Assembly: GCA_050010755.1 (NCBI GenBank)
Contig: JBEKKK010000001.1
Coordinates: forward strand, 64,001-128,000
Source: Candidatus Bathyarchaeia archaeon
Lineage (GTDB): Archaea > Thermoproteota > Bathyarchaeia > Bathyarchaeales > Bathycorpusculaceae
Direction of reading: 5' to 3'
Length of the DNA: 64,000 nt
Shown: piece after piece, positions 1 through 10,479 of the stretch
Position numbering within the stretch: the stretch's first letter is position 1
Layout of the letters: every line of letters begins with the position of its first letter
Notes under the pieces: generated by a model
The model's input: the letters and a program-made list of their open reading frames with translations, nothing else
Databases searched by the model: none
What the model was told of the DNA's origin: nothing
Made by a program: the position numbers and the translations under genes

Positions 1-701
1 TTCCACATTATCGGCTCACCTATTGAGGACGTGTTTGCGATTGAAGGGCCTGGAATTAGAAGCATCAGTCCAACGAGGCTGACGATGACCGCTATTATGA
101 AACCGGCTATGGGACCGTCAGCCCCAACATCGAACAACGCATCTTTGTTTCGGGGAAGAGACTTCTGCATGATCACCGCGCCGAACGTTCCGAAACCTCC
201 CACGACCGGCGGAGGTCCTGGGATAAAATAGGGCAGGGTCGCTTCGATGCCCTTTCTGTTGGCAGTTATCTTGTGGCCCATCTCATGAATTCCCAGCACG
301 GCCATCACGGCTATCGTAAAACTCGCGCCTCCGATGAAGGGGTTAACCTCGCTGGGTGAAAGCATGTAGCCTGTCACAAATGTGGTTGCGATTGTTGCCA
401 AGAAAAGGGCCCAGTTTATGAGAGTGTTACTCGGTTTTACAGTGGGCTTTGAGACAACTGTTAGAACGACTCTGTCGCCTGATCTTCGGAGCATAGCAAT
501 CAGGTTCATCAGTCGCAATTTCTCTAGAAGTCTGAGAAAAGCCTGTTTTGTTTCTTGCGGCTGAGCCAGATAATACGTGGGAACGCCACTGTCCATCAAT
601 GCTTCTTGAACCCGAAACTCGGAGGTAACCACGCTTGTGACTTGTTCAAAAGTGACCGGTGTGGAAGACGGTTGAACGTTCTCTCCGGGCGTTGCACTCA
701 T
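1..701 (-). CDS. Site-2 protease (peptidase M50), 3' end runs off the window
   Basis: Not in the ORF track; manual translation from ATG at 701 gives MSATPGENVQ...LGIHEMGHK (HExxH), then LPYFIPGPP..FGTFGAVI and ALFDVGADGPIAG, typical M50 motifs. Confidence 0.9.
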   Translation of the reverse strand, partial: MSATPGENVQPSSTPVTFEQVTSVVTSEFRVQEALMDSGVPTYYLAQPQETKQAFLRLLEKLRLMNLIAMLRRSGDRVVLTVVSKPTVKPSNTLINWALFLATIATTFVTGYMLSPSEVNPFIGGASFTIAVMAVLGIHEMGHKITANRKGIEATLPYFIPGPPPVVGGFGTFGAVIMQKSLPRNKDALFDVGADGPIAGFIIAVIVSLVGLMLLIPGPSIANTSSIGEPIMW

Positions 702-992
702 GAAGATTTCCCTTTTTTGCTGCACTAAAGTCGTCAGCGATACAAAAGTCTATTGGAATTACACGCTCAGACTCGTTGCGATCTGAGCCATGGAAGGCCG
801 TGGGAGCGCTCTCCAAAGCCCGATTTAATTTGCTTTACCTGCCCCAGAAATGCTTTACGAGCGTTTTCCGGCAGAGCTACTGCCGCTCACTGCTCGAAAT
901 GGCCTCAAATATTAAGCAAGTTTTATATTATGTGGAGACCAAATCTGTTGGTCGATTGGTTGAGGGTAATCTATAAGAGGAAAAAGAAACTC

Positions 993-1217
993 ATGAGATT
1001 AACCAAGCTCAAAGCATTCCTTGTTTTAAATCCAGGAGCAGTTTTCATAATCCTCTTTGCCGCGCTTGTTCTCACGTGTGCTTACCTCCTGATTCTGGGT
1101 AATCCTACCACCGTTATTGACCCAGTCGCTGTTCTTGCGTATTCTTTCTTGGCTATCGGCATTGTTTTGCAGGCGGTGGGTTTCATCAGAGCCAGGGCCC
1201 TGGGAGAGCGAGTGTAA
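993..1217 (+). CDS. Small two-TM membrane protein (74 aa)
   Basis: ATG at 993 inside track ORF 753..1217; two hydrophobic helices; stop directly abuts the ATG of the next GT2 gene. Confidence 0.7.
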   Translation: MRLTKLKAFLVLNPGAVFIILFAALVLTCAYLLILGNPTTVIDPVAVLAYSFLAIGIVLQAVGFIRARALGERV

Positions 1218-1946
1218 ATGGAAGACATGATTGACGTTTCTGTAATTCTATGTGCTTACAACGAGGGCGACATCATAAAGAGCTCCATCGACAAAGTTGA
1301 CAGCGTGATGACAAAAAGCGGTTGGAACTATGAAATCGTAGTCGTTGACGACGGCAGTTTAGACGATACTAGGGAGAAAGCTCTCAAATGCAGAACCCAA
1401 AGGAACAACGATCATTTGAAGGTTATCAGCCACTGGAAGAATGCTGGCAAAGGGGCTGCCATAAGGACGGGTTTTGCTCATGCCGAAGGCAAATTCATCG
1501 TGGCCATAGACAGCGATTTGGACGTTGATCCTTTCTTGATTCCCAATTACGTTGAAGCTTTAAAGACTAATGACATTGCGGTTGCTTCGAAGTGGAATCC
1601 CAAATCACGCACAATAATGACGTCCAAACGGAAAGTCTTGAGTTTCGGCTTCAATGCACTTTCCAGATTGCTCACAGGAATAAAACTGAGGGATACGCAG
1701 ACAGGGTTGAAGGCGTTCAGAAGAACAGTGTTTGAAAGAATGGCGCCCAAATTTCTAGTGGAACGGTATGCTTTCGACTTGGAGATGATGTCCGCGTGCA
1801 ATCACGCTGGTTTCAAAATTGTCGAATTGCCCGTTAACGTTCACGTTGAAAGTATGGTAAGCTTTAAGGAAATTCTCAGAATGAGCAGAGACATGGTTGA
1901 AGTCGCCTACAGGTTGAGAGTAAAGAAATATTACCAGCGCAACTAG
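1218..1946 (+). CDS. GT2 glycosyltransferase, dolichol-phosphate sugar synthase (DPM1)-like
   Basis: SVILCAYNE, VVVDDGS.D.T, NAGKGAAI, DSDLD, DTQTGLKAF, YAFDLE motifs; no C-terminal TM. Confidence 0.9.
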   Translation: MEDMIDVSVILCAYNEGDIIKSSIDKVDSVMTKSGWNYEIVVVDDGSLDDTREKALKCRTQRNNDHLKVISHWKNAGKGAAIRTGFAHAEGKFIVAIDSDLDVDPFLIPNYVEALKTNDIAVASKWNPKSRTIMTSKRKVLSFGFNALSRLLTGIKLRDTQTGLKAFRRTVFERMAPKFLVERYAFDLEMMSACNHAGFKIVELPVNVHVESMVSFKEILRMSRDMVEVAYRLRVKKYYQRN

Positions 1947-1975
1947 TCTTAAGGAGTGTTGCGGTCTGGAAATGG

Positions 1976-3067
1976 ATGCAGAGACTAAAAATACTAGTTT
2001 TTAATTGGCGATGTTGGTTAAACCCTGAGATGGGCGGAGCAGAGGTTTTTACACATGAGGTACTCAAGAGGTGGGCTGCCGCAGGCCATCAGGTCACTCT
2101 GTTCACTGCAAAGTTCAGAGACAGCAAGCAAAACGAAGTTGATGACGGCGTTAACATAGTCAGGAGCGGTGGAACGTACTCTGTCTATTGGGGCGCAAGA
2201 AAATATTACCGCAGGTACTTCTCCAAAGAAGATTATGACATCGTCATAGACGAAATCAACACCGTGCCGTTTATGACTTCAAAATTCGTGAAGAGAGGAG
2301 AAAAAATCGTTGCTTTGATACATCAATTAGCCCGAGAGTACTGGTTCTATGAGACCCCATTTCCTGCAAGCTACTTTGGATACTATATCTTAGAAAAGAG
2401 GTGGCTCAATAAATACAGAAACATCCCCACGGTAACTGTGTCAGAGAGCAGCAGAAGAGACTTGGCTGACTTAGGCTTTGAAAAGGTCTTCATCGTTGGC
2501 GAAGGATTGAATTTCGAACCTCTGGAAAAACTAGGCGAAAAGACAGACTTCCCCGTAATAGTATTTGCAGGAAGGCTGAAGAAGGCAAAGAGGCCCGACA
2601 ATGCCGTCGAAGCTTTTAGAATGGTTAAGCAGAGGGTCCCGAACGCTGAGCTTTGGATAATCGGAGATGGCTATCTCAAAGAAAAGTTGATGCAAAATGC
2701 TCCCGAAGGCGTTAAATTTTTCAACTCGCTTTCAAATAAGAAGCGAAGAGACCTTATCAAAAAAAGCTGGGTACTAATCAATCCCAGCGCAAGGGAGGGC
2801 TTCGGATTAAACGTGATTGAGGCGAACGCCCTAGGAGTCCCAAGCGTTGCCTACAACGTAGCGGGATTAAGAGACGCCATCGTCGACGGAAAGACAGGGC
2901 TTCTTGCCAGTCCCGGGAACACTGAGGATTTGGCCAAGGCAATTGTTCGCACACTGACGGATGCTAATTTGAGAAACAGACTTTCAGAAGAGGCATTGAT
3001 CCGAGCCAGGAACTTTAACTGGGATAAAGTGGCTGATGAATTCATGAAAATCATCACTGCAGATTGA
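1976..3067 (+). CDS. GT4 glycosyltransferase
   Basis: GGAEVF N-terminal motif, FAGRLKKAK, PSAREGFGLNVIEANALGVP. Confidence 0.92.
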   Translation: MQRLKILVFNWRCWLNPEMGGAEVFTHEVLKRWAAAGHQVTLFTAKFRDSKQNEVDDGVNIVRSGGTYSVYWGARKYYRRYFSKEDYDIVIDEINTVPFMTSKFVKRGEKIVALIHQLAREYWFYETPFPASYFGYYILEKRWLNKYRNIPTVTVSESSRRDLADLGFEKVFIVGEGLNFEPLEKLGEKTDFPVIVFAGRLKKAKRPDNAVEAFRMVKQRVPNAELWIIGDGYLKEKLMQNAPEGVKFFNSLSNKKRRDLIKKSWVLINPSAREGFGLNVIEANALGVPSVAYNVAGLRDAIVDGKTGLLASPGNTEDLAKAIVRTLTDANLRNRLSEEALIRARNFNWDKVADEFMKIITAD

Positions 3068-3073
3068 CGGGAC

Positions 3074-3907
3074 TTGCTTCGAGGAATGACTGAAAACAAG
3101 CCTTTAGTTTCGATTATCATTCCAACGAAGAACTCTGCAGACACGATTGACAAGTGTCTGGCATCAGTGAAGATGCAAAGTTATAACAAGATAGAGATAA
3201 TCTTGGTTGACAATTACTCCCGTGACGATACTCTAAATATTGCCAAGAAATATGGCACGAAGATTTTCCAAACAGGTCCCGAGCGAAGTGCGCAAGTCAA
3301 TCTTGGAGTATCCAGAGCCTTGGGCAAGTACGTGTATAGAGTTGATTCAGACTTCGTGCTCGAGCCGGGTGTTGTATTCGAAGCTGTTGAGAGCTGCGAG
3401 AAATCTGGTTACGATGCAATAGTCATTCACAACACTTCGGACCCGACGATTAGTTTTTGGGCCAAGGTCAGGAAAATGGAAAGAGACTCTTACAGAAACG
3501 ATGAAATCAACGTCGCAGCCCGCTTCTGGAAAAAAGAGGTGTTCGAGGCAATTGGGGGATTTGATGTTAATCTAATTGCAGGAGATGATTACGATCTTCA
3601 TAATAGGCTCTTGAAGGGCGGCTACAAAATAGGGTGGATCAAGGCACAGGAAACTCACATTGGAGAGCCGAGAAACATGGCCGAGATTTTCAGAAAACAT
3701 TACTTTTATGGCCAAAACTTGGGACGCTTTATCGAAAAAAACCAAGAAACAGCCTTGAAACAACTCAGCCCACTGAGACGAAGCCTCGTAAAAAGTCTTT
3801 CAGGATCTTGGCAAGATCCTGACATCATAATGGGTTTTTTCGTGTACCAATTTCTCAGGTACACCGCAGCAACTCTTGGAATGTTATCAGTCAGACTGAG
3901 CAGCTAG
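3074..3907 (+). CDS. GT2 glycosyltransferase
   Basis: LVSIIIPTKNS, VDNYSRDDT, VDSD, GGFD..GDDYDL; start may be ATG at 3086. Confidence 0.9.
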   Translation: MLRGMTENKPLVSIIIPTKNSADTIDKCLASVKMQSYNKIEIILVDNYSRDDTLNIAKKYGTKIFQTGPERSAQVNLGVSRALGKYVYRVDSDFVLEPGVVFEAVESCEKSGYDAIVIHNTSDPTISFWAKVRKMERDSYRNDEINVAARFWKKEVFEAIGGFDVNLIAGDDYDLHNRLLKGGYKIGWIKAQETHIGEPRNMAEIFRKHYFYGQNLGRFIEKNQETALKQLSPLRRSLVKSLSGSWQDPDIIMGFFVYQFLRYTAATLGMLSVRLSS

Positions 3908-3924
3908 CGCCTGCAAGCCTGAAA

Positions 3925-6633
3925 TCAGGTTCTTCTTGCTCTGATTTTGCGCATGACGTTATGAGCGATTTCTCTGATATTCTTTCTAACCAGAAGCACA
4001 ACAAGTAATGCGGGAAGGATTGTTGAAGCAGCGACCGAGGCTGTTAGAAGATTCTGCGTCTCGTATACCACCGTTATTGTAAGATTTCCTGTAGCGTTCA
4101 CCAACCATCCGTTGGCAAAATCGTTAACTTCTACATGGTCATTCTCTGAGATTGGACTACCGTTAACGAACGCCTCCCAATGCGTGTCATAGCTTTCCAA
4201 GAACACCAGCAAAAACTCTGAATTTGATTCTGCCTTTGCAACGTAGCTTGTTGGAGATGTTTCCTGCCAAGAAAAACTATCAGGCGCTTGCAGCGTTCCG
4301 ATTTGCGACGTCAAATTCGTCTCCAGATTCGAGTTGATGAAGGCAGAATGCTGAATAGTGGACCAAGCTGAGTCGTTTATAAGCTGATACATGTTATCGA
4401 GGTTTGAAAACGGGAGAACGTTATCTGCGGTGTAGAATTTTTCTAGCGCGTAAGAGTTCTGATATAGAGAAGCGCCTTCCCATTCGTTAGCCAAAGAGAT
4501 TTCTGTGCTTCCATTCAGTAGTTTGAGGTCACTCACTTCGGTCAAGTTACCGCTTATAATGTTTTCTTCAACGAGGAAATCTTTGATGCCTAATATGCCC
4601 AGAAATTTCGGGGCACCGTCATTTCGAACGTATGCCTCCAGCTCCCACATGCTTACCATGTTGAAAGGCGACGCCTCCGTGAAGTTTATACGCAGTTTTG
4701 TTGCGGAGGCTACTTGTGGAAACACGTATTCCGGTTCAAGACTGGTGTTGTTAACAACCTTTACTTGGGTTGTCCAGACCGAGCCATTCCAGGTCTCTAT
4801 AGCATAGTCGTTTGCATATGCGTTCTCGAAAAAGATTTTTACGCTAGATAGCTGTTGAGTCGTGTTCCAATCAACTTCGAACCACTGAGGCGTACCGTGC
4901 TCAGAGGCCCATCGAGTTTTATAATCTCCGTCAATAGCTTGAGCGGGCACCAGTCCCTCTTTTTCAACTGAGCTCGCCGACGCTCTCCCTTCGGGTGCCA
5001 CATTTACATCTCCGCCCGTCAGCACCAATCCATAAACTTCGTTCAGCAAATCCAAATTCTCAGACTGAACGTATTCTGTTCCGCAATCAGATAAAATGGG
5101 CTTTGAAAAGACGAGAGGATACGGGTTTCCACACGCAAATATTCCTCCATTCGTGAAGTTATACGTTACGTAAGTACCTCTCTGCGGTAACAGAATCGTC
5201 CAGTAATTGCCAGGAATTGCATTCTCGGCCTCCTCAAAGTAGGGCGGAAGATATGACCCCTTAATGTTTGTGTCCAGATAGTTTTCTGTAACAACACCGG
5301 TAAACAGGGGATAAGATACATAAAAAAGCAATGCGATAATCAAGCCTACAACAAGAAGTTTCAAAACGCCATTTTTTATCCTTCTGTATGAAGTTGAAAC
5401 GAATAGCCCAATCAGTATTCCATAGGAGAGTACAACGAGAAATATCCAATTAGTCGGCTCTCGAAATGCTGTCATCACTGCAAAGTTATTTGCTAACCAA
5501 ACATAAACTTTATAGAACATTGGAGAGAAACCGCTAGTAAAAGCCAAAAACACCGCGGCTACTGAAGCAAAAAAAATCGCAAGTTTGCGTGATCTCGAAA
5601 CGAATAAGGCTGCAAACGCAAGAATTGGCGGGACATATGATAAGACTATGAGTATCGGGTTGCCAAGATACACCACTGAATAAGGAGTGTAATAACTGCC
5701 GAGAGCACCAGAATAGAAACTCCATTTCGCTATAAGTCTCAACACGTCGTGAGGCTCAATCAAGAGGCCATAGGACGACACCGTTGTCGTTGTATGAGCA
5801 TATCCCGCAAGAAGAGCACTAAAGTTTGCAAATATGAGCATAATGACCCATATCGAAGCAAGAAGGACAGCGAAGATGAATACAGCCAAGCACTTAATGT
5901 ACTTGCGGAATAACCCCCAATCGAAAGAAAAGTTCAAAAATTTGGCGTTTCCGTCTTTATGGTAACCGACTCCTAGACCCGCATTAATGTACATGAAAAA
6001 TAATGTCACGAGCAGTCCGACTACACATAGGACAGGTGCGCGATAGTTTGGAAAAGCCCCGTATGTTAGAGTGAACAGAAACCCAGAGATAGCGATGATT
6101 GTGTAGGATTCTTTCTTCAAACCTTCGGCAAATGCTACGAGGCAGGGCAGAATCATCAGCGACATATCTATGAAACCGATTGCCGTCTGCTCTCTGTCCA
6201 CGACCAAATGTATGTTCGAAGTGAAGAATAATGCAGCTATAAACGCTGCTATAATGTCGCCATTTGTGAGACGCTTGGCATAAACGTACATGAGAATTGA
6301 CACGAGAACATACATCAAATAAGTTGCCATTAACTGGGATGCAGAAGTGTTCACTCCAGCCTCTTGAAAAGCTGTTACCAAAAAAGAGAATGGATCAAGG
6401 ATTCTGGGCGAATATACCGATGGAATACCCCAATCAATTTCATTCCATGTATAAAACACGCCTTTGAGAAAAGCGCTCGGAAACACTGGAGGCCGAAGAT
6501 CGCCCCCCATCACAACATTGGAAGGTTGAAACCAATTCAAGGCTCTCAAGTTGACTAACAAAAAGATTACGAGCAGGAGTAGCTCCACGCGATTCAGATG
6601 TATTATATTTCTAAATCTTTTCAATACGGTCAA
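3925..6633 (-). CDS. Multi-pass GT-C-like glycosyltransferase (AftD/YfhO-like) with internal F5/8 type C (CBM32) domain
   Basis: Many TM helices; GGD..P..WN...G first loop; FREP.NW; discoidin motifs AIDGDYKTRWAS, QWFEVDW, MWELEAY; YfhO-like tail ESYDTHW..VNDFANGW; C-terminal TM. Confidence 0.7.
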   Translation of the reverse strand: MTVLKRFRNIIHLNRVELLLLVIFLLVNLRALNWFQPSNVVMGGDLRPPVFPSAFLKGVFYTWNEIDWGIPSVYSPRILDPFSFLVTAFQEAGVNTSASQLMATYLMYVLVSILMYVYAKRLTNGDIIAAFIAALFFTSNIHLVVDREQTAIGFIDMSLMILPCLVAFAEGLKKESYTIIAISGFLFTLTYGAFPNYRAPVLCVVGLLVTLFFMYINAGLGVGYHKDGNAKFLNFSFDWGLFRKYIKCLAVFIFAVLLASIWVIMLIFANFSALLAGYAHTTTTVSSYGLLIEPHDVLRLIAKWSFYSGALGSYYTPYSVVYLGNPILIVLSYVPPILAFAALFVSRSRKLAIFFASVAAVFLAFTSGFSPMFYKVYVWLANNFAVMTAFREPTNWIFLVVLSYGILIGLFVSTSYRRIKNGVLKLLVVGLIIALLFYVSYPLFTGVVTENYLDTNIKGSYLPPYFEEAENAIPGNYWTILLPQRGTYVTYNFTNGGIFACGNPYPLVFSKPILSDCGTEYVQSENLDLLNEVYGLVLTGGDVNVAPEGRASASSVEKEGLVPAQAIDGDYKTRWASEHGTPQWFEVDWNTTQQLSSVKIFFENAYANDYAIETWNGSVWTTQVKVVNNTSLEPEYVFPQVASATKLRINFTEASPFNMVSMWELEAYVRNDGAPKFLGILGIKDFLVEENIISGNLTEVSDLKLLNGSTEISLANEWEGASLYQNSYALEKFYTADNVLPFSNLDNMYQLINDSAWSTIQHSAFINSNLETNLTSQIGTLQAPDSFSWQETSPTSYVAKAESNSEFLLVFLESYDTHWEAFVNGSPISENDHVEVNDFANGWLVNATGNLTITVVYETQNLLTASVAASTILPALLVVLLVRKNIREIAHNVMRKIRARRT

Positions 6634-7174
6634 TCAGTCCACAAAGCTACTTGAAGCCAGTTTGTTTAGTTCTGACTTAGAGTTATATAAACTTCTCCAA
6701 GAAGCCTGGCAAGTCAAGCACAGATGAGTGACTGCCCTAGCGAATCCGCGACAGTTTTTTCCGAATTTGACCAAAATGCATAGTTCAATTCTGAATAGAT
6801 TTTTCACTGCTGTTTCTCTTCTTTATGGACAATGAATGCTAAAAAAGAAGGTACCAAGTGTCCAAGTTTGCGCTCACTTTTCTATGTTTTTCCCTCAATC
6901 AATCTTTCTCTCGAAAATTACCATCGAACATATTTGGACTGAGAATTAATGATCCTAACATCACTCATCTTAAGCCTACTATTCTTATTATTTCCCTTAG
7001 AGGCATCCTAAGGCAGTTACGTTAACTGTCCGACGCTTAAAAGATGGGAAATCTGCTTTTGTTCAAATTATTAATACCACTTGAAACAGAGTGACCTATG
7101 ATAACCGCCGGCGATCCCGTTACCAAAATTTCCTAACGGTCTTCAACGACTATTAATGGTAGGAGATAAAGGCC

Positions 7175-8104
7175 TTGAGGCTGAGTCCCGTAGATATACT
7201 CAGGGGCTTGGTCATAGCCCTGATGGTGCTAGCCAATAATGGAGTTTTCGCAGAAAGTGATTGGAACGGCCTAATGCTGGCTGATTGTATTTTCCCGACT
7301 TTCATCTTCGTAGTGGGTGTGGCCATTCCTTTTTCCAGGCAGTCCAAACTAAGGATAACGAGGAGAACGGTTGTGCTCTTTCTGTTAGGTTTTGCCCTGA
7401 CTACTAACTGGACGTTTGTAGTGGAAGGCTATGGCAGCTTTAGACTGCTCGGCGTGCTCCAGAGAATAGCATTGTGTTACCTCTTTGCCTCCATCGCCTA
7501 TTTTTACGTAAAGTCCAAGCGTGCGCGCCTAGTTTTAGTGGCAGCCATCCTCGTAGGCTACTGGATAGTGATGGCGCAAGCTCCTCTCACTCAGGCCGGC
7601 AACTTGGCAGCTCAAATAGACAGAGCTTTGATCGGGCCCAGCCACATGTACAACGGTTTATGGGACCCTGAGGGACTGCTCAGCACGTTACCCGCCATAG
7701 CTACGTGCCTCATCGGAGTAGCCGTTGGAGAAAGCCTGAGAGACAAAAAACCAATAACCAATTTGGTCAACGTGGGCCTATTAGCTATACTGGCCGGCGC
7801 AGCGTGGAGCATAGTCTTTCCAATCAACAAATCCCTCTGGACCAGCTCGTTCGTCCTAGTGGTGGCGGGCATAGGCATGCTAAGCCTAGTTGTTCTGTCA
7901 TTTACAAATGAACGTCTGAACCTTCCACTGACTGCCCTAGGCTCAAATGCAATCACAATCTACTGTCTCAATTCAATAGTAAACATCTACCTGAGTCCAT
8001 ATATTCTCTTAGAGGACAACTTACAACGCTCTCTACTAATCCTAGCAGCCTGGCTGCTACTCAGCTATGCCTTATACAAAAAGAGAATATTCATCAGAGT
8101 CTAA
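7175..8104 (+). CDS. HGSNAT/NagX (DUF5009)-family transmembrane acyltransferase
   Basis: RL..VDILRG..IALMVLAN, WNG...AD.IFP.F, GVLQRIALCY, DPEGLLSTLPAI, PINKSLWTSSFVL. Confidence 0.88.
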   Translation: MRLSPVDILRGLVIALMVLANNGVFAESDWNGLMLADCIFPTFIFVVGVAIPFSRQSKLRITRRTVVLFLLGFALTTNWTFVVEGYGSFRLLGVLQRIALCYLFASIAYFYVKSKRARLVLVAAILVGYWIVMAQAPLTQAGNLAAQIDRALIGPSHMYNGLWDPEGLLSTLPAIATCLIGVAVGESLRDKKPITNLVNVGLLAILAGAAWSIVFPINKSLWTSSFVLVVAGIGMLSLVVLSFTNERLNLPLTALGSNAITIYCLNSIVNIYLSPYILLEDNLQRSLLILAAWLLLSYALYKKRIFIRV

Positions 8105-8168
8105 CGCGCGCCATTTATTTGCTATCTTTATCCTTGACGATAGCAGAAAGAAAAAGCGCGCGGGCGAG

Positions 8169-9518
8169 CTAGCTAAGCCGCTTTGGATTTTTTCTTCTTT
8201 TACAAGCAAAAAAAATGATGCCCATAGATAACATCGGTATTAAGATAAAAGGAAATGATATGGGTATTTCAGGCACTGTGTTTTCGTTTGGAAAGTCGGC
8301 AAGTGTTCCGTTGTAAACTGTCCCGTTGTCTCGTATGGGTGCGCGGTATTCTCCTCCTCCAAGGCCATCTATCGTGAAATTTAGGCTGTCGTCAACGCAG
8401 TTGCTGGGGATTTTAGATAATGAGAAATCGCTTAAGTCAGGTTGGAAGGTGCTGTTCAGAAACTTGTCCGGGCTTTGTTCATCATAGTTTATGTAGCTGA
8501 CAACTTCTCCATTGACCCGAGCAACTCGTTTGCTTTGATTGTAAAACCATTCAATAGACTCGTTATCATAGGGCGAGCGAAAGTTTACGGTGTAAGTTGG
8601 GGTCGATGCATACTCATTCTTGAATGCGGTTGTGATGTCTTGGAGGGCCCAAAAATTATAGTTTCGCGTGGACAGCAGAGTCTGAATCCAATCTTCCACC
8701 GATCCTTCAACGCCGTTGCTGTAATGCTCCACCCATTCAAATTGAACAGAGGCGAACGCAAACGGTTCCTCTCCTCCCAACGACGCGTCTATGAGATTGA
8801 GAAAGTAGTTTTTGGCCACGGATGTGTCTCCATTGAAGAAGTCTATCAACGAAAGAATATGGGTGTGTAGGTTGTGGCTTACGGTGAAACTGCTTACCCA
8901 ATCCCACACCTGATGAGGAAACACAACCATGCCGCCACTAACATTATTCGGCACTAAAACATGATTTTCCGAGGCATAGTAAGGCAGCTGCCAGCCGCCT
9001 CGTTCCGTCATCCAATCAATCGAGTATTGATCGAAACAGTAACCAGTCACATATTCAAAGCCCTTACTCAGGCAATAGTTCATCGTGTAAGTGTCGGGTT
9101 GGAAATCAAAAATGCCCTTCGGAGCATACCCAACAACATTGATCCACTCATCAATTATTCCATCAATTATACTTCTGCGTTGTTCAAGACTATACTGTTG
9201 CATCATGAAGGTTTGAGGAATCAAAACACCATAAGCCTTCAACGCATCAAGCCGCGTTTGATTTAGAAGCCAGTAATCGCTCATGTTTTGCCCATACCAT
9301 TGGTCGTTTACTACGGCAAACGTGAAGTTATGAAAGTTCAACTGCTGAAGCCAAGCGATTAAAGGATCTGCATATTCTGGTTGGTCAAGGATGATAAGTA
9401 AACTAACAAACTTCGGCTGCACTTCAGCATGAACTGGGGCTAGACAAACCGAAAATATCAGAGCCAAAATTAACAGAGTTGCCTTCAACATGTTTTCACT
9501 TTCTAAATAATCTGACAT
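8169..9518 (-). CDS. Exported glycoside hydrolase/deacetylase-barrel protein (DUF3863-like) with PEF-like C-terminal anchor
   Basis: Signal peptide (likely start ATG 9491); GYAPKG and CFDQYSIDW...GGWQLPYYAS..H.L.P motifs; VPEIP followed by TM and KRRK. Confidence 0.55.
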   Translation of the reverse strand: MSDYLESENMLKATLLILALIFSVCLAPVHAEVQPKFVSLLIILDQPEYADPLIAWLQQLNFHNFTFAVVNDQWYGQNMSDYWLLNQTRLDALKAYGVLIPQTFMMQQYSLEQRRSIIDGIIDEWINVVGYAPKGIFDFQPDTYTMNYCLSKGFEYVTGYCFDQYSIDWMTERGGWQLPYYASENHVLVPNNVSGGMVVFPHQVWDWVSSFTVSHNLHTHILSLIDFFNGDTSVAKNYFLNLIDASLGGEEPFAFASVQFEWVEHYSNGVEGSVEDWIQTLLSTRNYNFWALQDITTAFKNEYASTPTYTVNFRSPYDNESIEWFYNQSKRVARVNGEVVSYINYDEQSPDKFLNSTFQPDLSDFSLSKIPSNCVDDSLNFTIDGLGGGEYRAPIRDNGTVYNGTLADFPNENTVPEIPISFPFILIPMLSMGIIFFACKRRKNPKRLS

Positions 9519-9698
9519 TTCCGTACTACCTCTACTTTAGTTTTTTCATGTTTTCATCTGTGCGAGCGCTCATTTTTTGGGCCCTCAGTGATCTTCTGAT
9601 GCTGTGTTGCCATGCAGGTTTTCTCTCTTACCGACTGCTGTACAAGGGTAAGGAGCGCGGGTGCCAGATTATCGCTTTTCCATTAATGTTGTTGGAGC

Positions 9699-10406
9699 TT
9701 ATTTGAGCGCTACAATTAGCTGGTGGTGTGAGAAAGGAAGCAGAACATTTGTGCTTAACGGTATTGGAATGAATTCTTTTCTGAGAAAACTTTTGAGGAA
9801 GGGTGCGCCCAGAAAACCATTATGGAAAGGAAGGAGCACGAAGCTACCGAAACCGGATGTCTCCATCGATTTTTCCAGGTCCTTCCTGCTCATCAAACCC
9901 ACATGATAAGGATTCTTGAGCGAAGTATATCTTACTAGGTGGAATCCCACTTTTGTGAGAAAGCTTTCTTTGTCTGGTGTCACTGCGATGAAAGGTTTTT
10001 TCTGTTTTAGGACACGGAAAATCTCGTCAAGACACTTGCCGGGTTTTGGCATATGTTCTATCGTGTAAACCGCAAGGACTGCATCAAACGCATCATTCTT
10101 GAACGGAAGCATTTCTCCGTCCAATCTTGTTCTTTCGATTTTTGCAGCGGCCCTCAGTGCTGTTAGCGATATATCGCTTCCAATTGCGTGATAACCGTTA
10201 CGGCTTAACATATTGGTGAAGTAACCTTTTGAACAACCGATCTCAAGCACGGTTCCCTTCTTCGTATACTTTTTCAGCAGTTTCATTAAACCACAGAATA
10301 GCCACTGCTTGTATTCATCAAGGTCATAAAGTTTCAACCATCTGTCCAAGTAATGCTCATGCATTTTCTTGATGATTATATCGCCTTGTTCAACTTGTTT
10401 GTTCAT
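9699..10406 (-). CDS. Class I SAM-dependent methyltransferase
   Basis: VLEIGCSKG, GSDIS, LPFKNDAFDAV..TIEH. Confidence 0.9.
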   Translation of the reverse strand: MNKQVEQGDIIIKKMHEHYLDRWLKLYDLDEYKQWLFCGLMKLLKKYTKKGTVLEIGCSKGYFTNMLSRNGYHAIGSDISLTALRAAAKIERTRLDGEMLPFKNDAFDAVLAVYTIEHMPKPGKCLDEIFRVLKQKKPFIAVTPDKESFLTKVGFHLVRYTSLKNPYHVGLMSRKDLEKSMETSGFGSFVLLPFHNGFLGAPFLKSFLRKEFIPIPLSTNVLLPFSHHQLIVALK

Positions 10407-10479
10407 GTCTTACCAATCTTCAGTTCTTTCATCGGACATTATCCGGAGTCTATTCGAAGTCATATGATAATCCTTCCCT

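Noticed and set aside
6634-7174. AT-rich gap with two adjacent small inverted repeats (about 6995-7027) as ncRNA or IS scar
   Set aside because: Stems are only 6 bp; there is no transposase, terminal repeat or tRNA/sRNA box.
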